Positions 28,887 to 37,638 of a stretch of 64,000 nt of DNA are shown here, piece by piece. The notes beneath the pieces were generated by a model, which had not been told where the DNA came from, did not search any database, and saw only the letters and a program-made list of their open reading frames with translations. This DNA comes from a virus. Location: positions 1-64,000 of IMG/VR virus record IMGVR_UViG_3300045977_000336. One strand, written 5' to 3'. Numbering within the stretch: the stretch's first letter is position 1; every line of letters begins with the position of its first letter. The position numbers and the translations under genes are program-made.

Positions 28887-29416
28887 AGCCGCTGGCTCGC
28901 CAGCAAATCAACCGACGCCACCGGCTGCGTCTTAAAGAAATCCTGCACCGCCCCCTTGACCTCGCCGTAATCGTCGCCGCACACGATCCCGCCCGCCTTG
29001 ACCTTCGGCACCCACGCCAGCAGATCCGCCGTCACCGCATCGTAACTGTGCTCGCCGTCGATATAGACCAGGTCCACCGCCGACACCTTAAACAGTCGTG
29101 CCACGGTCACGCTCTCGCCGTACAACGGCACCACGCGCCACCCGGACACGTTGGAATGCACGTGATCGAGAAACCGCATATACAGATCAAGCGGATCATC
29201 CACAGCCCCGCAGCCGTGCGACCCGCGCCAGTGATCCACGCAATACACGCGCCCGGCGCAGCCCTGCGCTAAGGCCAGCGCTGAATGGCCCAGCCACGAG
29301 CCAACCTCTACCACCGTATCGAGTCCGTACACCAGCTCCGTCAAATGGCGCATCATCTCGGCCGGATGCCACCCCTCAGGCGCCTTGATCGTATTTGGAT
29401 TCGTCATTGCTTGCAC
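28865..29416 (-). CDS. Class I SAM-dependent methyltransferase (Methyltransf_24-like)
   Basis: VEVGSWLG, CVDHW, YIDGEHSY, GGIVCGDDY. Confidence 0.9.
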   Translation of the reverse strand: MQAMTNPNTIKAPEGWHPAEMMRHLTELVYGLDTVVEVGSWLGHSALALAQGCAGRVYCVDHWRGSHGCGAVDDPLDLYMRFLDHVHSNVSGWRVVPLYGESVTVARLFKVSAVDLVYIDGEHSYDAVTADLLAWVPKVKAGGIVCGDDYGEVKGAVQDFFKTQPVASVDLLASQRLWVARLP

Positions 29417-29486
29417 CTTCCTTCTCGTCTTCCCCTCTTCTTGTCTTCTTTGTCATGCTGTCACCCGCCGCGCTGTTCGCGGCGCG

Positions 29487-30968
29487 TCACCCCTTCGACC
29501 TCAACCAGGCCCACATGCGCAGCGCATCGCAGGCGTGATTATTCTCGTCGATGGGCTGCTCGTTGTCCCGCTTGCTGCTCTCGGCATCGGGATAAACATA
29601 CCCCTCGGCCATTTCGGAAATGAGATTCCGGCAGCGCCGGTTGACGCGAATCGTTCGATACTCGTTGCCATCACACACCAGGCTTCTGACTAAGCGGATA
29701 CCCTCCACGATCGGGTGCAGCGCGTGCCGGCTTGGAATATCCGCCTTGCGGAAGCGCCTGTGCAGCTGCGTCGCCTCATGCGATCCCACGGCGATCTCCG
29801 GCAGCCGCTTGGCCCGTCTAGACCAGCCTTTGGCCAGCGCCCCCGCGGCGTCGTCAGGTTCTTCGACGTCTTGCCCGCCCTCGTCTAGCCAGCGCCAACC
29901 GAACCGCTCACCACAGCGCTCGACCGCCTCCTCCACGCACACCTCCTCCAGATGCCGCCTGTGATACAACTCATCGAAGACCAAAATGCGCGTGCCTGTG
30001 CGCTGAATAAACAAAATCGCGCGCGGGTCGATGTAGCCGTCGTCGAACGCAATCTCGAAAGGCAACTCCAGGTCCGGCTCATCGTCGGTCAGATTCTCCT
30101 CGCCAAACGTGCCATACACCAGGCCCGCGGCCCCGGCGCTCCACTGGGCCTCCAGCAGCACGTCGGCCTCTTCCTTGGTGAGCGAGTTGCGCCGGTTGCG
30201 CTCATACTCCGGATCGAGGTTCGCCGAGTTGTCGCGCGTCAGCAGCGTGATCACCAAAGCGTTGCGTTTGAACTCCTCAAACTCCCCGCCGGCGCTGGTA
30301 TCGATCGGACCGAAATACCGGTAGATCCACCCGCGCCCTAATTCGGGGGTGGTCGTCAGCCAGAGTTGGGGCGATTCTCCAGACGGCCCCGTAATGCGGA
30401 TACGGCCGTCGAGCACCTTCAGCGCCGCCGGCCGCTTGGCTCGCCGGGCCTCGTCAAAGTGCGCAAAATTGACGTTCGGCCCTTCCCAGCTGCCGGGCTC
30501 CTCGATGCCCCCACAGTACAGCGTCGAGATGCCGCCCAGCATATTGTAAAAGTGCAGTTCAAAGCCGTGCTGCGCTTCCCATGTCTCCGACAGGCGATAG
30601 CGGTCCTTTTCGACCACCGCCTCCGGAGGACACCAGCGCCGGAACTCCGGCCAGAGCGATTTCTTGAAGTGGGGCAGGTCCGGCGAGACCAGGATCCCGT
30701 TCATGCCCGCCCGCAGCCGATTGAGATCCTTGACGATCCCGAAAACGCTTTTCCCGCCGCCCTCGCCGCCCTTCGCCAGCATGTAGCGCGGCCTGTCGCA
30801 AGCCTGGGCGCTCTGTTCATCCGCGTGATGCGGTTGATAGGCGCGCCCTGTGTCTCGATTGCGATACTCAGGCGGCCAGGCCTCAGCCTTGCTCGCCCGG
30901 GCTGTCTGCCGCCGGTGCGCGCGAAACGATAACTTGCCCTGCGGCGACAAGTATTGCTCGAGCCCCAT
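29487..30968 (-). CDS. terL: Terminase large subunit
   Basis: Walker A GGEGGGKS, Walker B HFDEA, TTTP, nuclease FDDG and NHACDALR. Confidence 0.93.
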   Translation of the reverse strand: MGLEQYLSPQGKLSFRAHRRQTARASKAEAWPPEYRNRDTGRAYQPHHADEQSAQACDRPRYMLAKGGEGGGKSVFGIVKDLNRLRAGMNGILVSPDLPHFKKSLWPEFRRWCPPEAVVEKDRYRLSETWEAQHGFELHFYNMLGGISTLYCGGIEEPGSWEGPNVNFAHFDEARRAKRPAALKVLDGRIRITGPSGESPQLWLTTTPELGRGWIYRYFGPIDTSAGGEFEEFKRNALVITLLTRDNSANLDPEYERNRRNSLTKEEADVLLEAQWSAGAAGLVYGTFGEENLTDDEPDLELPFEIAFDDGYIDPRAILFIQRTGTRILVFDELYHRRHLEEVCVEEAVERCGERFGWRWLDEGGQDVEEPDDAAGALAKGWSRRAKRLPEIAVGSHEATQLHRRFRKADIPSRHALHPIVEGIRLVRSLVCDGNEYRTIRVNRRCRNLISEMAEGYVYPDAESSKRDNEQPIDENNHACDALRMWAWLRSKG

Positions 30969-31569
30969 CCTCGCCCAACTCCGTGATCACTTCATCCGGC
31001 GTGATCACGCCGGACTTCACCTGCTCAATAAGTTCGGACTGCCACGTCTCCAGTTTGACCCGCTCCGCAAATAGGCCGTGATACTTCCCGATTTGAACCA
31101 GCGCATCCTTGGCGTCGTACAACTCAATCGAAACACCCTGCTTCGTCTTGCTGTACTTCTTCAGCAGGTGCAGTTTCCCAGCATCCTTGGCGCGCTTCAA
31201 ATCCAGGCTGACCCCCTTGCCGCGCGGCATCAGAAAATCACCCAGGTCCGAAGTGGCCATCTCGCTCAGGCGGGCCAGCACCTCGTCGGCCGACAACTTC
31301 AGGCTCGTCAACCGCTGCTGAATGAGCGTCGCAACCTCTTGTTTTCTCTTGTTCTCGTACCCCGCCTGCTCCGGGTCTTTATAGCCGGCCCGGCGCGCGG
31401 CGTCGGTCGCGTTCCATGTCTTGAGGTATTCCTCCACGAACACGCGCTGCTTATCCGTCAATCCATCCGCATCGACCGTCTCGGGGGACGTCGCGCTTGC
31501 CTGCCGTCCAGCGCCCTTCACCGCGCGCGTTTTCTTGGAAGTCCGTTTCGTCGTGCGTGTTCTGCCCAT
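30883..31569 (-). CDS. terS: Terminase small subunit
   Basis: LTDKQRVFVEEYL..NATDAARRAGY motif. Confidence 0.93.
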   Translation of the reverse strand: MGRTRTTKRTSKKTRAVKGAGRQASATSPETVDADGLTDKQRVFVEEYLKTWNATDAARRAGYKDPEQAGYENKRKQEVATLIQQRLTSLKLSADEVLARLSEMATSDLGDFLMPRGKGVSLDLKRAKDAGKLHLLKKYSKTKQGVSIELYDAKDALVQIGKYHGLFAERVKLETWQSELIEQVKSGVITPDEVITELGEDGARAILVAAGQVIVSRAPAADSPGEQG

Positions 31570-31599
31570 TCTATTTACTCATGCCCGCTCGCCTATTTA

Positions 31600-31652
31600 C
31601 CCGTGTCCGGTGTTTCGACTGGCGCGCCGCCAGTGTTTCCGTGGAAACACTG
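31600..31652. repeat. Composite element containing parS/NBS-like palindrome copy 3 (31634-31649)
   Basis: CAGTGTTTCCGTGGAAACACTG upstream of terS. Confidence 0.85.
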
Positions 31653-31818
31653 CTCGCCAATTACTAATAACCAATTACTGATAACTGACGACTGACAACT
31701 GATAACGACCTCTCAACTCAAACTGCGCGCCGGCGCCAGATACGTATCGTAAATGCGCCAGTTGCGCCGCTGCCGCATGTGCAGCAGGAGGCGCGCCCGC
31801 AGGGCCTCTCTGAAAGCC

Positions 31819-32070
31819 TCAATCGGATCCATGGCGCCACAGCCTCAACTTTCTCAAGGTCCACCAACCCAATGCCGTCGCGATCACGCCCAAGCCCAAC
31901 ACCGCGCTCAGTCCGACGATCACCACGCGCCCCAGGTCGGGCAACGCGCAGTCAAGCGCCGCGCATCCGGGCTCAGCCAGCACCAGCGGCGGAAAGATCG
32001 TTGACGCGTCAACACTGGGTGTCTCTTCCTGCCAATCTGGAATCGGAAACCACAGGTCGCTTCTTGTCAC
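31819..32070 (-). CDS. Small membrane protein
   Basis: C-terminal TM followed by basic tail; start uncertain. Confidence 0.5.
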   Translation of the reverse strand: MTRSDLWFPIPDWQEETPSVDASTIFPPLVLAEPGCAALDCALPDLGRVVIVGLSAVLGLGVIATALGWWTLRKLRLWRHGSD

Positions 32071-32147
32071 CCTGTCACCCCTTCACACTGTCATCTTGTC
32101 ACGCGCTGAATGTTGCTCATTTTCCAATTTACCCGCTTACCCATCTA

Positions 32148-32417
32148 CTAACTCACCAGCCACAGCCCGCGCGGCACGGCAGCATCCCGCCCGATCAAAC
32201 CGTCGCGCTCCAACCGATCCAAGTGATACTTCACTAGACTTGTCGTCGTGATCCCGACGCCCTTTCCGATCTCGCGCAGCGTCGGCGGATAATGCCGCTC
32301 GGCTATAAACTGCTGGATGTAATCCAGCACTGCCTGTCGCCGAGCCCCCAGCACCAGCGATGGAAGTGGCGTTGACGCGGCAACGGCTGACGCATTGTTG
32401 GTTGGCTCAACTGTCAT
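32148..32417 (-). CDS. LexA-type winged-helix DNA-binding domain only, copy 1
   Basis: RQAVLDYI..HYPPTLREIG..SLVKYHLDRLE..PRGL; no peptidase domain. Confidence 0.9.
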   Translation of the reverse strand: MTVEPTNNASAVAASTPLPSLVLGARRQAVLDYIQQFIAERHYPPTLREIGKGVGITTTSLVKYHLDRLERDGLIGRDAAVPRGLWLVS

Positions 32418-32577
32418 CTTGTCACCTTGTCATCCCTTCACCCTATCACCAGGTCACCCTGTCATCGTCCTGCTCGAGCACCGCTCCATCGCGCAGCGCC
32501 AGGCCGATAATCCTCAACAGCAATATCGCGTAATATGCTCGAACCTCCGCGCTCATTCGACCTTCATCCTGAAGCCT

Positions 32578-32811
32578 TCACCCTGAGGCCTTCACCGTGA
32601 AATAGATCTTGCCGTCTTCATCCACCGCGAACAGTTTCCCCATCCGCTGCGTGATTTCTTCGGGTGTCGCGCTCGGCCCGTTCAGCGAATTCGACGGCGT
32701 CTCGTCCGCCTCAACCACCCGCAGCGTCAGCACTCGATCTTCCCTGCGGCATTGCAGGCACGACTCCCGCTCGCAGCCGTCGCATCGCTCGTAGATCAAC
32801 CAGTGTGTCAC
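32578..32811 (-). CDS. Small CxxC-containing protein
   Basis: CDGC..CLQC. Confidence 0.5.
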   Translation of the reverse strand: MTHWLIYERCDGCERESCLQCRREDRVLTLRVVEADETPSNSLNGPSATPEEITQRMGKLFAVDEDGKIYFTVKASG

Positions 32812-32815
32812 CCTG

Positions 32816-33427
32816 TCACCTTGTCACCCTGTCAATAGTCTCGGCCATAACCGGCACCTCCAGTACATACGCCGGTGCCAGCCCCGCCTCCGTCGCCTGC
32901 TTGACCAGCGCCGCCACCCCCACCGCCATGTCGAATAACTGTTGCTTCAGCGCGGTGTTCTCCTCGCGCAGCGTTTGCTGCGTCTGAGCGGCGAGTTTGA
33001 AAGCCGCCTTCACGTCGGCCAGTTCATCACGCAGCTTGGTCAACTGGCTGCGCAAATCCTCGGCGATCACGTCGGCCTTGCGCCGCATCTCCATTTCTCG
33101 ATCGAGCCGGGTTTCATAGGCAGATAGCGCCGCCGCCTGCGCGTCGAGCCGATTCTGGAAAGCCCCCTGCTGCTCAGTGATGATGACCTTGAGATCGATA
33201 ATCTGCTGATCCTGCAGCGCGACGATTCTTTCGGCGCTCTGGATCAGCGTCAACTGCGCCTCAGCCTCGGTCTTGCCGGCGTCGGCCTGGGTCTTGACCG
33301 CATCGACCTGTTGCCGTCGATCGTCGCGCCGGGCATTCGCGCGCGCGTTGAACGCATCGATCGCCGTCTTGCCCAGCGCGCCGATCCCGCCGCCCAGCAA
33401 CAGCGGAACCAAATCATCAGGATTCAT
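32816..33427 (-). CDS. N-terminally anchored coiled-coil protein (lysis cassette candidate)
   Basis: LLLGGGIGAL anchor, then heptad-rich region. Confidence 0.7.
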   Translation of the reverse strand: MNPDDLVPLLLGGGIGALGKTAIDAFNARANARRDDRRQQVDAVKTQADAGKTEAEAQLTLIQSAERIVALQDQQIIDLKVIITEQQGAFQNRLDAQAAALSAYETRLDREMEMRRKADVIAEDLRSQLTKLRDELADVKAAFKLAAQTQQTLREENTALKQQLFDMAVGVAALVKQATEAGLAPAYVLEVPVMAETIDRVTR

Positions 33428-33464
33428 CGCCCCCGCCCCAACACACACAACGGCGAGCCAGGTC

Positions 33465-33932
33465 CTAAGACCCGCTCGCCGACAGTGGTGCCTTTTGCGC
33501 TGCCTTGATTTCTTTCACGTCGTTGGTGTCCGGGCTGACCCGATCGGTAGTCTGGTTGGCGATCAGCGCCAGCAGAATCACCTGCACCAAGTACCAGAAT
33601 CCTCCGGTAGGACATACAACGAAAGGGAAGCCGGTATTTGGCGAACAGGCCAGAGCATAAATCACCACGCCAATCAGGATATTGGCCAGAGCCATGATGA
33701 GGCGTTTATAGTCATCCAGCAGCGCCGCCCACCACGTGCGGAAGCGGGGCACATAGGAAGCCGCCAGCGAGAGCACCACGCCCAGGACCGCGGCCAGCAC
33801 TTCAGGCGTCAGCGCTACGGCTGGCTCTTGCGCCGTCGGGACCGGTTGCGCCGGCGCCGCGGCCGCCACATTCAACATCGCCACGGAAAGAATCAAAACG
33901 ATCACGATTGACACCAACACCTTTGCCTTCAT
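33465..33932 (-). CDS. Holin-like membrane protein
   Basis: Signal-like N-terminus, three TM segments, ANQTT motif, charged C-tail; GGAGG RBS. Confidence 0.6.
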   Translation of the reverse strand: MKAKVLVSIVIVLILSVAMLNVAAAAPAQPVPTAQEPAVALTPEVLAAVLGVVLSLAASYVPRFRTWWAALLDDYKRLIMALANILIGVVIYALACSPNTGFPFVVCPTGGFWYLVQVILLALIANQTTDRVSPDTNDVKEIKAAQKAPLSASGS

Positions 33933-34204
33933 GTCTGTCCTCCAAAGAAATGTGAAGAAACCGGGGTTCCGGTCCGCTCGATGAGCCACAGGCCGCGCGG
34001 CACTGCCTCCGCGCGACCGATGTAGCCATATTGCACTAGGGCGTCCAGGTGATACTTGACCACGCTGGTGGTTCCAATGCCCACTCCGGCTCCAATCTCA
34101 CGGTACGTAGGCGCGTAATGATGATCGGCGATGAATTTGCGTATGTAATCCAGAATCGCCTGCCGTCTCTGGCTTAAGGCGGGTGGCGCCGATCTCTCCA
34201 ACAT
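33929..34204 (-). CDS. LexA-type winged-helix DNA-binding domain only, copy 2
   Basis: LSQRRQAILDYI..APTYREIG..SVVKYHLDAL..PRGL. Confidence 0.9.
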   Translation of the reverse strand: MLERSAPPALSQRRQAILDYIRKFIADHHYAPTYREIGAGVGIGTTSVVKYHLDALVQYGYIGRAEAVPRGLWLIERTGTPVSSHFFGGQT

Positions 34205-34224
34205 GACCTATCCTTGCCTGAAAC

Positions 34225-34264
34225 GGAAAAAGCGCCGTCACCCCCCACGAGGGCACGGCGCTTT
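34225..34264 (-). terminator. Intrinsic terminator near start of late operon
   Basis: AAGCGCCGT..CCC..GGG..ACGGCGCTTTTT on minus strand. Confidence 0.65.
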
Positions 34265-34311
34265 GGATCTCCGCACAGAGTTAACTGATTGAATTTTAGA
34301 ACCGGATCACG

Positions 34312-34491
34312 TCACATAATTGGATCGAAGTGCTCCGTGATTTTCGGCTTGACCGTTTTTCCGTGGCACTCCACCTCGATCGTCTTGTGGCCGTGCGTGA
34401 TGTCATCGCTCTGCTTCAGCATCCAGAGGATAATGGCTTCCAGCCTAGCTGGCACTTCCTGCTTCTTTCCATCGGGGAGAACGATGACCAT
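34312..34491 (-). CDS. 59-aa protein, probably leaderless (not in ORF track)
   Basis: MVIVLPDGKKQEVPARLEAIILWMLKQSDDITHGHKTIEVECHGKTVKPKITEHFDPIM*. Confidence 0.6.
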   Translation of the reverse strand: MVIVLPDGKKQEVPARLEAIILWMLKQSDDITHGHKTIEVECHGKTVKPKITEHFDPIM

Positions 34492-34497
34492 ATCCCT

Positions 34498-34527
34498 ATT
34501 TTACGCCCGCTTCGTTTGAAAAGTCAA
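34498..34527 (-). promoter_or_regulatory. Sigma70-type promoter at head of late operon
   Basis: TTGACT-N18-TAAAAT; ATG starts 7 nt downstream of the -10. Confidence 0.6.
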
Positions 34528-34580
34528 TATAGTGAACCACTACAAAAACGGTACACAATACAAACCGCGGGGGCAAACAG

Positions 34581-34690
34581 ATGGGCTTGACAATTAGCGT
34601 CAGGCCCATTTTTAACGCTGCGCGCGGCTGCCGAATAGCCACCGAAACTGCTTGAAGGTGGTTACTGGGCAAGCGTAAACTACACTTACA
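34581..34690. repeat. Structured ~110-bp element, copy A
   Basis: Two hairpins; direct diverged homolog of 43417-43530. Confidence 0.8.
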
Positions 34691-34769
34691 GAGGTTGTGT
34701 GTCAAACGTCATGCGCGGCGGATGACAAACGATCCGCAAACTGCCATCATCTGATTCACTACTACACGG

Positions 34770-35594
34770 CTAAGTATTCGCTCTGTCTAATTTTGGAGAA
34801 AATGGAGGAAGCTCTGAGGCTGCTCGCACGATATTCGATAATCCGCTAATTGTTCGTTGTGGGAATTCATCCCAAGTACGACCATCCAAAATGCGGCCAC
34901 CCGCACTTGGGGTGCGTCCCCCCCACTGCTTAAAGAAGAAAGCAATACCTGTTCGACGACATCGATCTCGAAGATCCTTGATCCAATCCGGTTTACAGGT
35001 GCGATACCCAGGGCCGCTTTCTCCGCCTGCAATCAGCCAGTGAATATCTTTCAAGTCTAAGCCTTTCAGTGAGTCTAGTAGAGGCTCAGCGCTTATGAAA
35101 CGGATAGCAGATGGAACTTTGCGAAGTCGATCGACGCGCCACGCATAACTCATTGTTTCGACAGATACACCCATCCAAATGTTCATCGGCCATGTTGTTG
35201 AGCCAGTGATCGTACTAAGATGTCGGGTAATAGCGGGCACCAAACTAACTAGGCGTGAAGGGCGCTTTGTAAGCACCTGATAAGTGTGCCAGTTTGCTAA
35301 CGCCATTGTTGTAAAAACTTGCAGGATGAACTGCTCGGGGATATCACGATGGAAGAGATCAGACATCGAATTAACGAAGATGCGCCGGGGCTTCTTCCAA
35401 GTTATAGGGTAATTGAGTCGTTCCGGCCATAGCCGCAAATCAAACCCTTGCTCAAAGTGATGCCCTGGGATTCCTCTCCAGCGTTCAGCAAAGGTTCTGG
35501 CGTAACAATGATCGCATCCAGGCGAAACTTCTGTGCATCCAGTGACAGGGTTCCAAGTGGCGTCTGTCCATTCGATAGTCGAATTAAGACTCAT
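34770..35594 (-). CDS. DUF5131 / phage Gp37-Gp68 family protein (CxxxxxxCxxC, radical-SAM-like)
   Basis: IEWTDATWNPVTGCTEVSPGCDHCYA, FVNSMSDLFH, GGESG, FFKQWGG. Confidence 0.93.
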   Translation of the reverse strand: MSLNSTIEWTDATWNPVTGCTEVSPGCDHCYARTFAERWRGIPGHHFEQGFDLRLWPERLNYPITWKKPRRIFVNSMSDLFHRDIPEQFILQVFTTMALANWHTYQVLTKRPSRLVSLVPAITRHLSTITGSTTWPMNIWMGVSVETMSYAWRVDRLRKVPSAIRFISAEPLLDSLKGLDLKDIHWLIAGGESGPGYRTCKPDWIKDLRDRCRRTGIAFFFKQWGGRTPSAGGRILDGRTWDEFPQRTISGLSNIVRAASELPPFSPKLDRANT

Positions 35595-35644
35595 TCCTTT
35601 CTCCCCCTATAGAACATCTTACCTCATTCATGTGTCACCTAATG

Positions 35645-36817
35645 TCACAACGCAAAAGTTATCCGGGTGTTGTCATCACTTAATGCGCCATCATGAGAAA
35701 GAATAATACCATCTTTAACCAGCTGCCTCAAGGCCTCGGTCACGTGAGGGCCCTTGATCTGACCAAAGTGATGCTCCAGTAATAGCGCATGAAGATCGAG
35801 GCGCGTGAGAGAGTGCCCATTGCCTTGGGCGTGCCTGCCAGCCGTAGTCATATATTTAGTGATATCTTGCACTTTCGCCTCAAAAATTTCTTTAGGACTA
35901 GGATCGATGATAGCAAACATGGTCATTTGAGGACTGGCCTTATAGTGCTCCTTATAGCGCTCAAGATCCCGTTGATACTCCTCCTCAATCTTATAAACGA
36001 TGTTACTGGCCAGAATCAACCCCTTCTTGTTGGCTGTTGCAAAAATTAAATAATACTTGATATCCTCCTGCAGTGAGCCAATACGATATGCAGCCGAATA
36101 ACCCTGCCCTTTATTCCGAACAAAATCCCTATTCAAACGTTGAAGGTACAGTTCAACTGCGCGCTCCTTACGTGCTTCGGGATCGGCCGCCTGCAAAGCC
36201 TGATGGAGCTTATCGTTGTCTGATATTCCATAAACACGAGTTAAAATCTCGAATTGCTTATCTGCACCAGGCAACGAGGATCTATAGTAACCATCGCGGC
36301 GACGCACTTCATCGGCGTCAAATCTTAGCCAAAGGTCGGTGGGGGGTTTGCGCGCTATTAACTGTTGGACGGCTTTCCAGTCCATTCCGTCTACACCGAA
36401 TGGATCTAAAAAGCACACTGCCGGATATCGTCCCATCGCTTTCAGAATTGTGGCAATACTGTCGGCAAATGTTCCTGAGATATTCTGGACATACTGTGCA
36501 TAGGAAACAGTTACCCTTTCGAGTTCATCAAATGTGTCCCGATCGGATTCAACGTTGATACATCGCAGAGCGTAAGGCTTCGAACTTGCCGCAAACTCCT
36601 TTGCCAGCTGGGCGGCCTGCAACGGAGATCCAGGAATTTGAACCTCACCGGCCTTCCCGTAGCTGCCTCGTCCGGCGAATCCATCTAAATAATAGACGCG
36701 GCCATAACTGCTTAGGATTTTGGTCGAGCTCTCCAGATATTGTTTGATCAGTTGGAGTTTACGCTCGGACCATTCTTTAAGATCGTCGAAAAATCTGAGA
36801 TTGGCGGATGGCGTCAT
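35645..36817 (-). CDS. tcmP: Three-Cys-motif partner protein (methyltransferase-like with C-terminal wHTH)
   Basis: WSERKL, YLDGFAGRG, GSPL, FLDPFG, YYLIFAT; adjacent to DUF5131. Confidence 0.85.
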   Translation of the reverse strand: MTPSANLRFFDDLKEWSERKLQLIKQYLESSTKILSSYGRVYYLDGFAGRGSYGKAGEVQIPGSPLQAAQLAKEFAASSKPYALRCINVESDRDTFDELERVTVSYAQYVQNISGTFADSIATILKAMGRYPAVCFLDPFGVDGMDWKAVQQLIARKPPTDLWLRFDADEVRRRDGYYRSSLPGADKQFEILTRVYGISDNDKLHQALQAADPEARKERAVELYLQRLNRDFVRNKGQGYSAAYRIGSLQEDIKYYLIFATANKKGLILASNIVYKIEEEYQRDLERYKEHYKASPQMTMFAIIDPSPKEIFEAKVQDITKYMTTAGRHAQGNGHSLTRLDLHALLLEHHFGQIKGPHVTEALRQLVKDGIILSHDGALSDDNTRITFAL

Positions 36818-36870
36818 TGGCTTCCTTTCGGCTGAACGACAATCAGGCATGGATTAGTGGCTGCGGTTTG

Positions 36871-37569
36871 CTATCGCAGTGCTTCAAGTTTTTTAAGCAG
36901 CAAATTCAAAAAGACGATAAATGCCCCACCCTCCTCAGGCGAAGGATCTATTAAGCGATGTGCGTACGGGTTACGGATCACCCCAAAAACGCCGGCATAT
37001 AATTCGCGATAACCTTGCAACTCAGATTCATTAGTAAATTTATGCGCTAGTGTTCCTTCTTTACCAAAGATGGCATTGACTAAATTGCGGCCGTCACTTT
37101 TGGGGCCAGTAATTCCACTAACATCCTTAAGTCGCTCCTCCAGAATTACGGCGGCGGTGCGTACGGCAGAATCCCACAGCACCGGGTCAGTTCCACCAGC
37201 CGCAAGAAGGGGTAGGCACCGCTGCTTGATCTCTTCATCGAAGTCTGAAATATCGTCCAATGGCGTAAGGTATTTCAAGAAGGAGTTGTCAGGCTGTTGA
37301 AAGTTGGAATCAACTGCTTCAAACGCAGTGCCAGTCAACACAAACCGCCACGTGTGCCGACCACGGTCAACTATATTGATCAACTGGTTCGATTCAAGCA
37401 CAGTTAATGTCCCTTGCTTAAGATCTGGATGGTCACCGCGATAATTGATTACGCTTGAGCCTCCCATAGTCCAGGTCACCATTATCTCTTCCCCCAGAGA
37501 GCCGTTACGAGACTGTTCGACAAGAAACTCAATTACTGCTTTCTGACTATCCGTAAGGTTGTATGGCAT
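36871..37569 (-). CDS. TIGR02391-like (HEPN-like) protein with N-terminal wHTH
   Basis: SAVRTA..LEERL, GRNLVNAIF, IRNPYAH. Confidence 0.75.
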   Translation of the reverse strand: MPYNLTDSQKAVIEFLVEQSRNGSLGEEIMVTWTMGGSSVINYRGDHPDLKQGTLTVLESNQLINIVDRGRHTWRFVLTGTAFEAVDSNFQQPDNSFLKYLTPLDDISDFDEEIKQRCLPLLAAGGTDPVLWDSAVRTAAVILEERLKDVSGITGPKSDGRNLVNAIFGKEGTLAHKFTNESELQGYRELYAGVFGVIRNPYAHRLIDPSPEEGGAFIVFLNLLLKKLEALR

Positions 37570-37638
37570 GATTGTTTTATACTCTCACATGAAAATGACA
37601 GGCTGGCAAGCAGCAGAAGAGACTGGTTACCATGGCGC

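Noticed and set aside
34555-34620. c-di-GMP-I riboswitch suggested by GCAAAC words
   Set aside because: The required P1/P2 architecture and conserved spacing are not evident.
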